NCBI GenBank assembly: GCA_965237525.1
Contig: CBDEFO010000004.1
Span: 416,001-480,000, forward strand
Source: Candidatus Latescibacterota bacterium
GTDB lineage: Bacteria > Latescibacterota > CBDEFO01
Direction: 5' to 3'
DNA: 64,000 bases
Shown here: positions 30,509 through 40,205 of the stretch, piece after piece
Position numbering within the stretch: position 1 is the stretch's first letter
Layout: every line of letters starts with the position of its first letter
Program-made: the position numbers and the translations under genes
The notes under the pieces: model-generated
Told to the model about the DNA's origin: nothing
Seen by the model: only the letters and a program-made list of their open reading frames with translations
The model's database searches: none

Positions 30509-30676
30509 ATGTCTGTGACTTCAAAACTTTTTTGGATGGCTCGAAGAAGCGCCGTTCTTCGGGGCTTGACGTCGGGAAATCCGGTGAGGATTCTACGCAG
30601 GATCATCAACAAGTTCATCGGTCGTAAACTCGTAAGCCGGGAATATTTACATGAGAGGCGACGTGGAAGGCGATAG
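30509..30676 (+). CDS. Small Arg-rich protein (55 aa), not in the ORF track
   Basis: GAGGAGG RBS; MSVTSKLFWMARRSAVLRGLTSGNPVRILRRIINKFIGRKL... Confidence 0.6.
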   Translation: MSVTSKLFWMARRSAVLRGLTSGNPVRILRRIINKFIGRKLVSREYLHERRRGRR

Positions 30677-30702
30677 TCCAATAGGATTTTAGAGTAAGAC
30701 TT

Positions 30703-30879
30703 ATGCATAGAACTTTGATGATAATCAAGCCTGATGCTACGTCTCAAAACCATATAGGAGAGATAATAGACAGAGTCGAAAAAGAAGGCTTCAGAGTTCT
30801 TGCTATGGAGATGACAACTCTGAGGAGGGAAGAAGCAGCAAGGTTCTTTGAAACCAGAAGATATATCATGATGATATAA
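30703..30879 (+). pseudogene. Truncated 5' copy of ndk
   Basis: MHRTLMIIKPDATSQNHIGEII...ARFFE then an unrelated tail; aligns with 31614-31763. Confidence 0.9.
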
Positions 30880-30966
30880 GTATTCGCACTGCACATAACA
30901 CAGCATATACACTTTGGGCTGACGCCCTTGCCTTTCGGGACATTGCTTAAGAGGGAAGGAAAATAT

Positions 30967-31350
30967 ATGGAAGACATTGAGAATGTTAGGAAATATAGAA
31001 AAGATATTTGCCAAGCCTTAGGTGTTGAGTTTAAAGAAGAGGATATGAATACCGATTATTTCCTCGGTAGGTTTCTGGGGGAACAAAGGGATTATCTTGA
31101 TTCTTTAGGCCTGATTAATCGTGGTTTTTGTCCCCTTTGTGGTGAGAAGCCAATAGGTAATGAATATTACAGAGGTATGGCATTTTCAAAGGCCCCCCAA
31201 TACTTGTGCAAGGATTGTTATGAGAGAACTGACCCACACTCGGCTGTCCCTGGATATACACGAAGGTACTACACTGTAAAATTTGTTATGTGGGCTGTTG
31301 GTCTTGGTATATTGATAGGAGCATTCTTATTGATTAGGGGGTGTTTTTGA
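30967..31350 (+). CDS. Hypothetical zinc-ribbon protein with C-terminal TM helix (cargo)
   Basis: CPLC...CKDC; hydrophobic C-terminus; visibly AT-rich. Confidence 0.7.
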   Translation: MEDIENVRKYRKDICQALGVEFKEEDMNTDYFLGRFLGEQRDYLDSLGLINRGFCPLCGEKPIGNEYYRGMAFSKAPQYLCKDCYERTDPHSAVPGYTRRYYTVKFVMWAVGLGILIGAFLLIRGCF

Positions 31351-31379
31351 CTTTGTTCTAGTTGGAGGTGTTAAAATCT

Positions 31380-31589
31380 ATGACTAATGATGAACGACAT
31401 CATACTTTTCTTTTCAAATATTGTGGCTATATCATCTATCTTGTTTTCTTGGTTGGGTTATTTCGAAATGGGGGTGTGGCTACTTTACATTTCAAAAACG
31501 GCAGATGGTTATTCGCTATTTGGGCCCTATTTTCAATTATCCTTTTGCCTAAGGCTACGTTGGACCTCATTCTACTATTGGGTCGATAG
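31380..31589 (+). CDS. Small membrane protein or fragment (cargo)
   Basis: GGAGGT RBS; two hydrophobic segments; its stop lies at the duplicated junction. Confidence 0.45.
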   Translation: MTNDERHHTFLFKYCGYIIYLVFLVGLFRNGGVATLHFKNGRWLFAIWALFSIILLPKATLDLILLLGR

Positions 31590-31613
31590 GTCTAAGGTTT
31601 TAGGGTATGTCTT

Positions 31614-32033
31614 ATGCAAAAAACTTTGATGATAATCAAGCCTGACGCTGCGTCTCAAAACCATACAGGAGAGATAATAGCCAAAGTCGAAAAAGAAGGC
31701 TTCAGAGTTCTTGCTATGGAGATGACAACTCTGAGGAGGGAAGAAGCAGCAAGGTTCTACGAAGTGCATAAAGGTAAGGATTTCTACGAAAGTCTTTTGG
31801 ATTTTATGACGTCGGGTAGGATCGTTCCGATGGTGTTAGAGCGGGAGGATGCCGTCGAGTATTTAAGAAAGGTCATCGGAGCCACTAACCCCGAAGAGGC
31901 TGAACCTGAAACTATCAGAAGCGACTTTGCCACGGATGTTCAAAATAACGCTGTCCACGCATCCGATTCTCCCCAAAACGCTGAGGTTGAAATAGCATTC
32001 TTCTTCGGAACGAAGCATATATACAAGGTGTAA
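31614..32033 (+). CDS. ndk: Nucleoside diphosphate kinase
   Basis: IIKPDA, FMTSG, IGATNP..A...TIR, NAVHASDS. Confidence 0.96.
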   Translation: MQKTLMIIKPDAASQNHTGEIIAKVEKEGFRVLAMEMTTLRREEAARFYEVHKGKDFYESLLDFMTSGRIVPMVLEREDAVEYLRKVIGATNPEEAEPETIRSDFATDVQNNAVHASDSPQNAEVEIAFFFGTKHIYKV

Positions 32034-32065
32034 TTCCGTCTGAATAGAAGGAGTGCTGGTAAGTT

Positions 32066-32581
32066 ATGCAAATTGAGATGAAGGAGCTGGAGGAAGGGAT
32101 CAATAGACTGGAGTTGAAGGCCAAGGCTCTGAGCCTGGAATTGACGGATGAGGACGTAGGGTTCATCGATCCTGTGACCATAAAATTGACGATAGGCAAA
32201 AGTTCTAACTCCTTCTTTGTAGATGGATCCGTAATCTCGATGGCTATGATGTCATGCTGCCGCTGCTTAGAGGAGTTTGAGTCCCAGATCGCCCCTCAAT
32301 TCAGCGCGATCTTCCAGAGGGAAAAGGAGGCACGCTCGGAAGATCACGTGGAGGACAGCGAGGTTATCATTATAGGATTCAATGATACTTACATCGACTT
32401 GAAGGCGGTCATAAGGGACGCCATCTTGTTGGATGTGCCGACCAAGCCACTGTGTTCCTCCGACTGCGCGGGGATGTGCCATCTGTGCGGGGCGAATCTG
32501 AACGAGGGACCCTGCAGATGCAATCATACCAAGATAGATCCCCGATGGGAGGCTCTTGCTCAGCTTAAACTAAATTCGTAG
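32066..32581 (+). CDS. yceD: YceD/DUF177 protein
   Basis: C.RCL, PLCSSDCAGMC..CG.NLN, DPRW..L; upstream of rpmF. Confidence 0.9.
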   Translation: MQIEMKELEEGINRLELKAKALSLELTDEDVGFIDPVTIKLTIGKSSNSFFVDGSVISMAMMSCCRCLEEFESQIAPQFSAIFQREKEARSEDHVEDSEVIIIGFNDTYIDLKAVIRDAILLDVPTKPLCSSDCAGMCHLCGANLNEGPCRCNHTKIDPRWEALAQLKLNS

Positions 32582-32779
32582 TTCTTTACAAATCTGAAGA
32601 ATTAGATCGAAGAGCTGTAGACGTGAGGCGCCGAGGGGAACCGCGTGCGTTACTGCTACCCCTTTCTGTAGGAGTCACGAAGTGCCAGGAAACCACGCAG
32701 TGGTGAAGTACCTTGGTCCCCACTAAAACCGCGATAGTGCTTAAGGTTCGAAGCTATATTACAAGGAGGCAAAAAAGAA

Positions 32780-32962
32780 TTGGCCCTGCCTAAGAGAAGA
32801 CAGTCCAGATCCAGAAGAGATAAGAGGAGAGCTAACTGGAAGCTCTCACGACCGATGTTAGTTGAATGTCCGCGCTGTCATCAACCTAAGCTCCCTCACA
32901 GGGTCTGTCATAGCTGTGGATACTATAACGAACGAGAGATAGTGAAGGTCGAAGAGGCCTAA
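32780..32962 (+). CDS. rpmF: 50S ribosomal protein L32
   Basis: ALPKRRQSRSRRDKRR...CPRC..PKLPHRVC..CGYY. Confidence 0.96.
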   Translation: MALPKRRQSRSRRDKRRANWKLSRPMLVECPRCHQPKLPHRVCHSCGYYNEREIVKVEEA

Positions 32963-33011
32963 GATTGTACTTTCCCGCAATTATAGGATAGATAGGCCTT
33001 ATGGGAATTCG

Positions 33012-33473
33012 ATGCTTATTCAAAGGCGTTACAAGAAATCTGACCTAGATTGCATTTTAGCTCTCCATAATCTTGCCAGTGAAGAAATCGGAGTACCAAC
33101 ACCTGACTCGTATTTCTCAGATCTTCATCAAATTGAAGAAGTCTTTCTTAACAATGATGGAGAGTTTGTTGTTGGAGAATACGAGGGTCGCATAGTTGCA
33201 ATGGGAGGCTTTAAGAAAACTTCTCATGAGCGAGCGGAGATCACCCGAATGAGAGTCCACCCAAATTTCCAACGACGAGGATTCGGATCGGCGATTTTAA
33301 GCTATCTCGAGAAACGGGCAGCTGAGCTAGGATATCAGACGCTTCACCTCGATACGTTAGCCGTACAAGAGAAGGCACAAGCGTTATACCTCCGTAACGG
33401 GTATATGTTCATTGGGCAAGGTAAAAAGGATAAGTTTGACGTTGTATTTTTCGAGAAAAACGTAGAGGCCTAA
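33012..33473 (+). CDS. GNAT family N-acetyltransferase
   Basis: AEITRMRVHPNFQRRGFGS; A..LY..NGY. Confidence 0.92.
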   Translation: MLIQRRYKKSDLDCILALHNLASEEIGVPTPDSYFSDLHQIEEVFLNNDGEFVVGEYEGRIVAMGGFKKTSHERAEITRMRVHPNFQRRGFGSAILSYLEKRAAELGYQTLHLDTLAVQEKAQALYLRNGYMFIGQGKKDKFDVVFFEKNVEA

Positions 33474-33545
33474 CAAAGCGTTGTAGCTGCCGAGCAAGGC
33501 TCGCTACGCTTCCCCTTGCTCGGCAGCTGAGCTTAACCGATAGAG
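33468..33545 (+). other. attC-like recombination site (78 bp)
   Basis: GCCTAAC overlapping the stop; perfect 15-bp inverted repeat 33485-33499/33514-33528; ends GATAGAG where GTTRRRY is expected. Confidence 0.75.
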
Positions 33546-33550
33546 AAGTT

Positions 33551-34561
33551 ATGAGAATCGCCGTAGACACAGCAGGAGGGGACAAGGCCCCTAATGCCCA
33601 AGTCAAAGGTGTAGTGGAAGCCTTGCAAGCGGCGGATACGGACGACCTTGGGATAGTACTGACAGGGGACCGGGGTATTTTAGAAGGAGAACTTTCCAAG
33701 TTCCCAAAGGTGGACAATATTTCTATTGTTCACTCTGGAGAGGTCGTCCAGATGCACGAGTCCCCCAGCCACGCTCTAAGGAGGAAGAGGAATTCATCCA
33801 TAGCTGTGGCAATGGCGCTTGCCAAAAAAGGGGAAGTCGAGGCGGTTATAAGCGCAGGGAACACAGGGGCGGCAGTGGCCTTTTCCTTAGGAGAGCTTGG
33901 AGCCCTCAAGCATGTAAGGAGACCTGCTATTGCAAGCGTCTTCCCTACAGAAAAGGGAAAGCCGTGCTTGGTCCTTGACGTGGGAGCCAACTTGCAGTGT
34001 AAACCTGGCAACCTTTTACAGTTCGCTGTTATGGGCAGTGTGTACATGGACTGTGCACTCGGTATCCAAGCTCCGAAGGTAGGGCTTTTGAACATCGGAG
34101 AGGAGAGTTCCAAGGGGAACGAGCTTACAATCAAGTCTCACAATCTGCTTGCTGGCTCTGATCTCAACTTCATAGGAAATGTAGAGGGAAGGGATATACT
34201 GAGAGGGACAGCGGACGTTGTGGTCTGCGACGGCTTTGTGGGCAACATAATACTCAAGTTTACAGAGAGTATCACAGGGATGTTCTATCAAATGATTAAA
34301 GAGGAGAGTGGCGAAAATTTGAGCAGAAAACTTGGGGCTTTGCTTCTAAAGCCTGTCTTTAAGGGGATAGGCCGGAAGATGGACTATGAAGAATACGGGG
34401 GGGCTCCTCTTTTAGGAGTGGACGGCGTCACGATTATATGTCATGGGAGTTCATCCTCGAAAGCTATCTGCAACGCCGTAAAGGTCGCCACAAGGACAGT
34501 TGAAGGAAGGATAAACGATCACATCAAAGAGGCGTTGGATCACCACCACACGCTTGCATAG
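33551..34561 (+). CDS. plsX: Phosphate acyltransferase PlsX
   Basis: IAVD..GGD.AP, SAGNTGA, LDVGAN, GNVEG, VVCDGFVGN. Confidence 0.96.
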   Translation: MRIAVDTAGGDKAPNAQVKGVVEALQAADTDDLGIVLTGDRGILEGELSKFPKVDNISIVHSGEVVQMHESPSHALRRKRNSSIAVAMALAKKGEVEAVISAGNTGAAVAFSLGELGALKHVRRPAIASVFPTEKGKPCLVLDVGANLQCKPGNLLQFAVMGSVYMDCALGIQAPKVGLLNIGEESSKGNELTIKSHNLLAGSDLNFIGNVEGRDILRGTADVVVCDGFVGNIILKFTESITGMFYQMIKEESGENLSRKLGALLLKPVFKGIGRKMDYEEYGGAPLLGVDGVTIICHGSSSSKAICNAVKVATRTVEGRINDHIKEALDHHHTLA

Positions 34562-34584
34562 CCTCATCGAGGAGATTGTGACTC

Positions 34585-34663
34585 TCAGACAGCATACAGG
34601 CAAGGGAGGATGTGCCCTGACTACTCCGACCCCCAATAGGATTCAATCGGCGGTTACCGTCTA
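34585..34663. repeat. Composite repeat with a palindrome copy at 34630-34653
   Basis: acagcatacagg...CCCCCAATAGGATTCAATCGGCGG. Confidence 0.7.
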
Positions 34664-34679
34664 ATTGTTTGAGGAAGTT

Positions 34680-35792
34680 ATGAGCAGATTGAAGAAAAAA
34701 CCGGGCGCTGTGGGAGATTCTTCTTTATCCCCAAAAAGCCCTTCAACCACTGCCCCCACCCTGGCAAAGCGGCCACACCACTTTTCTGGGGGCCCTGACA
34801 AAACATTCAACGCAACGATCACAGGAGTTTCAAGGTATCTTCCCGAAGGAAGGCTCACTAACTTGGACCTGGAGAAGGTGACGGACACCTCTGACGAGTG
34901 GATCAAGGCAAGGACAGGCATCTCGGAAAGGAGGATCCTGGACGATGGCTTGCCGACGTCTTACATGGCTGTCAAGGCCGCGCAGAGCCTGTTGGATTCT
35001 ACAGGCACATCACCTGACGAGATAGGACTGATAATAGTAGGCACAGTGACTCCCGATATGATGTTTCCTTCGACTGCCTGCGTCATCCAGAACAAAATAG
35101 GGGCTAAGAACGCCTGGGGATTCGATCTGTTGGGAGCCTGCTGCGGCTTTATATATTCTTTGATGGTCGGCGCTCAGTTTGTGGAGACGGGAGCGGAAAG
35201 AAAGGTAATGGTAGTCGGCGCCGACAAGATGAGTTCCATAGTTGACTATAATGACAGAGCTACCTGTGTTCTATTTGGTGATGGAGCGGGCGCTGTGCTT
35301 TTGGAGCCTACGAACGATCCCGAGGTGGGAATTTTGGATTTTTCTTTCTACATAGACGGCTCTGGTGGAGAATTCCTCTACATGCCCGGAGGAGGGAGTC
35401 TGCATCCGCCGACCCACGAGACGATAGATAGAAATATGCACCGAGTCCACCAGGACGGAAGAGTTCTGTTTAGAGCGGCTGTGGAGGGAATGATAGAGGT
35501 GTCTTTGGATGTATTGAACCGCAACAGTCTTACGGGAAAGGATATTGACCTTTTTGTCCCTCATCAGGCCAACAAAAGGATAATAGATGCCAGCGTAAAG
35601 AGGATAGGACTCGATGACTCAAAGATAATCATAAATATAGATAAATACGCAAATACCACCTGTGGGACTATACCGATCTGTCTTTCAGAGACAGTTGAAG
35701 AGGGGAGGCTTAAGGCTGGTAACCTGATACTCTTAACGAGTTTCGGCGCAGGATATACTGCCGGAAGTGTGCTTCTAAGGTGGACGTATTAG
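34680..35792 (+). CDS. fabH: 3-oxoacyl-ACP synthase III
   Basis: DTSDEWI..RTGI.ERR, ACCGF, FGDGAGA, PHQAN, ANT; about 40-aa N-terminal extension. Confidence 0.95.
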   Translation: MSRLKKKPGAVGDSSLSPKSPSTTAPTLAKRPHHFSGGPDKTFNATITGVSRYLPEGRLTNLDLEKVTDTSDEWIKARTGISERRILDDGLPTSYMAVKAAQSLLDSTGTSPDEIGLIIVGTVTPDMMFPSTACVIQNKIGAKNAWGFDLLGACCGFIYSLMVGAQFVETGAERKVMVVGADKMSSIVDYNDRATCVLFGDGAGAVLLEPTNDPEVGILDFSFYIDGSGGEFLYMPGGGSLHPPTHETIDRNMHRVHQDGRVLFRAAVEGMIEVSLDVLNRNSLTGKDIDLFVPHQANKRIIDASVKRIGLDDSKIIINIDKYANTTCGTIPICLSETVEEGRLKAGNLILLTSFGAGYTAGSVLLRWTY

Positions 35793-36800
35793 ATGGTTGG
35801 TCCTGCGTTTATATTCCCCGGTCAGGGCTCGCAGTCTGTGGGGATGGGGAAGGATCTCTACGAAAGCTTTGATGTCGCTAAAAAGATCTACGACCGGGCC
35901 GAAGAGATACTGGAATTTGATTTAAAAAAATTGTCGTTTGAGGGATCTGAGGAAAAGTTAAGGCAGACAAAATACACGCAGCCGGCCATATTTGTGCACA
36001 GCGCGGCGGCAGTCCTTATTCTGAAGGACAAAGGTGTAAAGCCTTCGTCGGTAGCCGGGCACAGTCTGGGCGAATATTCGGCTCTCTTTGCCGCTGGAGC
36101 TCTGGATTTCCCTGACGCTCTAAGTTTAGTGGGGCTGCGCGGAAGGCTCATGCAGGAGGCGGGTGAGAAGCGTTCGGGGACGATGGCAGCGATAATAGGA
36201 CTCTCTTTTGAGGATGCAGTTTTAGTGTGCCGGCAAGCTTCAGAAGAGGGAATTGTTGGGGCAGCTAACTTTAACTGTCCAGGGCAGATGGCTATTTCAG
36301 GGGAGGCGCGGGCTGTTAAAAGAGCGATGGAGATAGCCAAACAAAAAGGAGCAAAAAGAGCAGTCGAACTGGAGGTCAGTGGAGCGTTCCATTCAGAGTT
36401 GATGTCTAGTGCCAAAAGTGGAATGGAAAAGGCACTTTCGCAGATTAAGTTATCAGAGCCCGAAGTCCCGTTTGTGGCAAATGTGACCGGGGATTTTGAA
36501 AAAGATCCTGAAGAGATCAGAGGGCTTTTAGTCGAGCAGTTGACGAGTCCTGTGCGATGGTCGGACTCCATGAAGAGCATGATTTCGTCTGGAATCACAA
36601 GTATAGCTGAAGTAGGGCCAGGTAATGTGTTGGTGGGGCTTTTAAGACGAATCGATAAGAGCGTGGAGATAGTCGCACTGGGAGATAAAGAGCAAATAGA
36701 AGAATTTATATCGTCAATTCAAACAACGCGAAGCAATCGCACCACTAGAGGAGACACGAAGCGGAATTCTGTCGCTAAAACGATCCAGTTCCAGGTATAA
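35793..36800 (+). CDS. fabD: Malonyl-CoA:ACP transacylase
   Basis: FPGQGSQ, GHSLGEY, SGAFHS. Confidence 0.96.
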   Translation: MVGPAFIFPGQGSQSVGMGKDLYESFDVAKKIYDRAEEILEFDLKKLSFEGSEEKLRQTKYTQPAIFVHSAAAVLILKDKGVKPSSVAGHSLGEYSALFAAGALDFPDALSLVGLRGRLMQEAGEKRSGTMAAIIGLSFEDAVLVCRQASEEGIVGAANFNCPGQMAISGEARAVKRAMEIAKQKGAKRAVELEVSGAFHSELMSSAKSGMEKALSQIKLSEPEVPFVANVTGDFEKDPEEIRGLLVEQLTSPVRWSDSMKSMISSGITSIAEVGPGNVLVGLLRRIDKSVEIVALGDKEQIEEFISSIQTTRSNRTTRGDTKRNSVAKTIQFQV

Positions 36801-36801
36801 G

Positions 36802-37557
36802 ATGATATGCAAGGATAGATTGAAAGGCAAAAAGGCTATAGTCACAGGCGGTTCCATGGGGATAGGCAAAGCTGTGGCGATCCGGCTATCTAAGGAGGGT
36901 GCAGATGTAGCAATATGCTCAAGCCAGAGCGTGGATAAGGCTCAACAGGTGTCTTTAGAGATAAGATCTGTAGGTGTAAATTCTCTGGCTATGCAGGTGG
37001 ACGTATCGGATCCCCAGCAGGTAGGAGAGTTTGTAGAAAGGAGTGTTGAGGCGCTCGGTGGACTTCACATACTTGTAAACAATGCAGGGATTACAAGCGA
37101 CGGTCTGATAGTGAGGATGAAGGAAGAGGATTGGGATAGGGTAATCGATGTTAATCTCAAAGGGGCTTTCAACTGCACCAAGGCGTCCCTGAAACCGATG
37201 ATGAGGGCTAAGTACGGCAGGATAATAAATATAACTTCTGCCGTTGGACTTTCCGGGAATCCCGGACAGTCCAACTATGTAGCGTCGAAAGCGGGGATTA
37301 TAGGTCTTACCAAGACCACAGCTAAGGAGGTTGCAACAAGGGGCATCACAGCAAATGCTGTTGCGCCCGGACATATAGAGACCAGAATGACCTCTTGTCT
37401 CCCCGAGAAAGTTAATAAGTCTTTTATAGATAAGATACCGATTGGGCGTGCAGGAAAGCCGGAAGATGTAGCTGAGGTGGTGGCATTCTTGGCGTCAGAG
37501 GGTTCGTCGTATATAACAGGGCAGGTGATAAACGTGGACGGCGGGATGATTATGTAA
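36802..37557 (+). CDS. fabG: 3-oxoacyl-ACP reductase
   Basis: TGGSMGIG, NNAGI, YVASK. Confidence 0.95.
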   Translation: MICKDRLKGKKAIVTGGSMGIGKAVAIRLSKEGADVAICSSQSVDKAQQVSLEIRSVGVNSLAMQVDVSDPQQVGEFVERSVEALGGLHILVNNAGITSDGLIVRMKEEDWDRVIDVNLKGAFNCTKASLKPMMRAKYGRIINITSAVGLSGNPGQSNYVASKAGIIGLTKTTAKEVATRGITANAVAPGHIETRMTSCLPEKVNKSFIDKIPIGRAGKPEDVAEVVAFLASEGSSYITGQVINVDGGMIM

Positions 37558-37632
37558 ACAGTAGATAGGTAGATAACAGGTCGGAGGAGAGGATGCCCGG
37601 TCTCTGTCTACTAATTTTAAAAGGAGGGACCT

Positions 37633-37863
37633 ATGGCGTCGATTAAGGAAAAAATAGTGGATCTTGTGGTTGAACAATTAGGCGTAAGTCCCGAACAGGT
37701 CGCAGAAGATGCATCCTTTATCGACGATCTTGGAGCAGATTCACTGGATACGGTGGAATTAGTAATGGCGTTTGAGGAGGAGTTCGGTTTGGAGATACCC
37801 GACGAGGACGCTGAGAAAATGGTAACTGTAGGAGATGCAATAGGGTATTTAGAGAGCCATTGA
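37633..37863 (+). CDS. acpP: Acyl carrier protein
   Basis: [20 protein letters not shown]. Confidence 0.97.
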   Translation: MASIKEKIVDLVVEQLGVSPEQVAEDASFIDDLGADSLDTVELVMAFEEEFGLEIPDEDAEKMVTVGDAIGYLESH

Positions 37864-37871
37864 CTGCCAGA

Positions 37872-37960
37872 TCAGTAGCCAGCTAATAGTAGAAAGGGGC
37901 AGGAGGTGCCCTAGAGAAGGGCAGGAGGTGCCCTTGCTACTATCTAGTGTCTACCTGTTC
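37872..37960. repeat. Composite repeat with a duplicated small hairpin
   Basis: gggcaggaggtgccct at 37897 and 37919 between AGTAG/CTAC flanks. Confidence 0.65.
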
Positions 37961-37975
37961 TAACGGGAGAGGACT

Positions 37976-39229
37976 TTGGATCGCAGGAGAGTGGTAATAA
38001 CAGGCATGGGCGTGCTTGCACCTAATGGTCTTTCTATTGATGAGTTTTGGAGGTCCATCTGTGGAGGTGTAAGCGGGATAGATAAGATCACCAAGTTCGA
38101 CGCTTCGGAATACCCATCCAAGATCGCCGGTGAACTTAAGGAATTTGATCCTCATCTCTATCTGGATAAGAAACGCGCACGGAGAATGGATCCCTTCACC
38201 CAGTATGCTGTCTGCTCCGCTTTAGATGCTGTGGAGGACGCAAAGCTCGATATAAGAGGAAATAACCCGGAAAGAGTTGGCGTAATCTACGGATCGGGAA
38301 TTGGCGGGATCACAACCTTGGAGGAACAACACTGCAATTTCCTGGACAAAGGGCCAAGGAGAATAAGCCCGTTTTTCATCCCCATGCTCATATCAGATAT
38401 GTCATCCGGGATGATCTCCATATTGTTAGGAGCCAAGGGTGTAAACTACACAACTACGTCGGCCTGCTCATCTGCGGCTCACGCCATAGGTGATTCCTTC
38501 AGGACAATCAAAAGAGGAGAGGCAGACGTAATGATAACGGGAGGAGCCGAAGCGGCGGTAACTCCAATGGGAGTAGGGGGCTTCGCGGCGATGAGGGCCC
38601 TTTCTACCAGGAACGATGAGCCCCAGAAAGCCAGCAGGCCATTCGATTCCCAAAGGGACGGTTTCGTGATAGGAGAGGGAGCAGGGACTATGATCCTTGA
38701 GAGTCTGGAGCACGCAGTAGGGCGAGGAGCCAAGATCTACGGAGAGATCCTAGGGATAGGGTTTACGGCTGATGCTTATCACGAAACGGCGATGGCTCCC
38801 GACGGGGAGGGCGGAACACGGGCTATGAAGCTGGCCTTAGAGGACGCTGGACTTTCGCCTGAGGACGTGGATTACATCAACACACACGGGACGTCGACCG
38901 ACGTAGGGGACAGGAACGAGACCAAGGCGATAAGGATGCTATTTGGGGAACACGCGTACAAGCTTGCTGCAAGTTCCACAAAATCGATGACGGGTCATCT
39001 TTTAGGAGCCTCAGGCGCAGTTGAGATGATAGCCTGCACATTGTCCATCTACCACTCGATTGTGCCTCCCACAATCAATCATGAATATAGAGACCCCGAC
39101 TGCGACCTTGATTATGTGCCGAACAAGGCCAGAGCTTTGGATGTAAAGGTGGCTTTGAACAATTCCTTCGGGTTTGGGGGACACAACGCGGTGATCGCTG
39201 TAGGGCGGTTCAAGAATGAGAAAGGTTAG
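37976..39229 (+). CDS. fabF: 3-oxoacyl-ACP synthase II
   Basis: SACSS, HGTST, KSMTGHLLGA, NSFGFGG. Confidence 0.96.
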   Translation: MDRRRVVITGMGVLAPNGLSIDEFWRSICGGVSGIDKITKFDASEYPSKIAGELKEFDPHLYLDKKRARRMDPFTQYAVCSALDAVEDAKLDIRGNNPERVGVIYGSGIGGITTLEEQHCNFLDKGPRRISPFFIPMLISDMSSGMISILLGAKGVNYTTTSACSSAAHAIGDSFRTIKRGEADVMITGGAEAAVTPMGVGGFAAMRALSTRNDEPQKASRPFDSQRDGFVIGEGAGTMILESLEHAVGRGAKIYGEILGIGFTADAYHETAMAPDGEGGTRAMKLALEDAGLSPEDVDYINTHGTSTDVGDRNETKAIRMLFGEHAYKLAASSTKSMTGHLLGASGAVEMIACTLSIYHSIVPPTINHEYRDPDCDLDYVPNKARALDVKVALNNSFGFGGHNAVIAVGRFKNEKG

Positions 39230-39307
39230 AGTTAAAGGCGAAGTCACAGCCGCCAGAGTCTTCGTGAAGACCGACCTGGATTCTATGCCCTGTGTGGTTG
39301 TGCTTAC

Positions 39308-40099
39308 GTGATGAATTTAATACGATCGCTCAAAAGGATCATCCCCAGGGGTATTCTGAAGAAGTCTTCCCTGGATGAGAAAGATCTTGAGCCTAGGCTA
39401 TTTGATTTACAGACGATTATAGATTATCAGTTTCAGGATATAGGTCTCTTGATTCGAGCTTTGAAGCACCGCTCGTATGTCTACTTCAAGGAGGGAGACG
39501 GCATAGATTCCAATGAGAGGCTGGAGTTTTTAGGGGATGCAGTGTTGAACCTGGTCGTCACAGAATATCTCCATCAGAATTTCCCCCGAAAGCGCGAAGG
39601 AGAGCTAACTCAGATAAAGTCTTTGATGGTGAGCAAAACTATCCTGGCACGCAAGGCAAGAAAGATAAATCTGGGAGACTACATACTGTTAAGCCCTGAA
39701 GAGGAAGCATCAGGTGGGAAAGAGAGAACTTCAATAATAAGCGATGCCTACGAGGCCCTACTCGGGGCTATATACACAGACGGGGGATTGGACAGCGCTC
39801 GACGATTTATTTCAAACCAGATACTCAGCAAGCTCCAAGAGATCGCTTCTGACGACAAATACGTCAATTTCAAGAGCGCACTTCTGGAGCACGCTCAAAA
39901 AAATGGGCGCGGGCAGCCCGAATACAGTGTCAACTCTGAGGAGGGACCAGATCACCAGAAGCTCTTTACGATCGAGGTGAGCCTTGAGAGCACGGGCCTG
40001 GGAAAAGGGACAGGCAAAAGCAAAAAACAGGCCGAGCAAAGAGCGGCCAAAGAGGCTCTGAAGAAATTGGGAGCTTTCAAAGAATCTGATGGCCAATAA
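39308..40099 (+). CDS. rnc: Ribonuclease III
   Basis: NERLEFLGDAVL; dsRBD GKSKKQAEQ.AA. Confidence 0.96.
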   Translation: MMNLIRSLKRIIPRGILKKSSLDEKDLEPRLFDLQTIIDYQFQDIGLLIRALKHRSYVYFKEGDGIDSNERLEFLGDAVLNLVVTEYLHQNFPRKREGELTQIKSLMVSKTILARKARKINLGDYILLSPEEEASGGKERTSIISDAYEALLGAIYTDGGLDSARRFISNQILSKLQEIASDDKYVNFKSALLEHAQKNGRGQPEYSVNSEEGPDHQKLFTIEVSLESTGLGKGTGKSKKQAEQRAAKEALKKLGAFKESDGQ

Positions 40100-40117
40100 G
40101 AGAACCTCTTTAATGTA

Positions 40118-40200
40118 CAGTAGACAGCAGCCCCCGATAGAATCAATCGGAGGTAGACAGCATACAGGGATAGGAGGGATTCCCCTGCCTACTGACTGCT
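40118..40200. repeat. Composite repeat with a palindrome copy at 40131-40153
   Basis: cagtagacagcag-CCCCCGATAGAATCAATCGGAGG-tagacagc. Confidence 0.8.
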
Positions 40201-40205
40201 CAACA

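Larger units (their letters stand above)
32991..33545 (+). mobile_element. Solitary integron-type gene cassette (GNAT + attC) at a secondary GAT site
   Basis: GATAG at both ends; left GATAGGCCT matches the reverse complement of AGGCCTAAC at the stop codon (8/9). Confidence 0.75.

Noticed and set aside
32582..32760. Long yceD-rpmF spacer as a possible ncRNA
   Set aside because: No recognisable family or convincing stem set by eye
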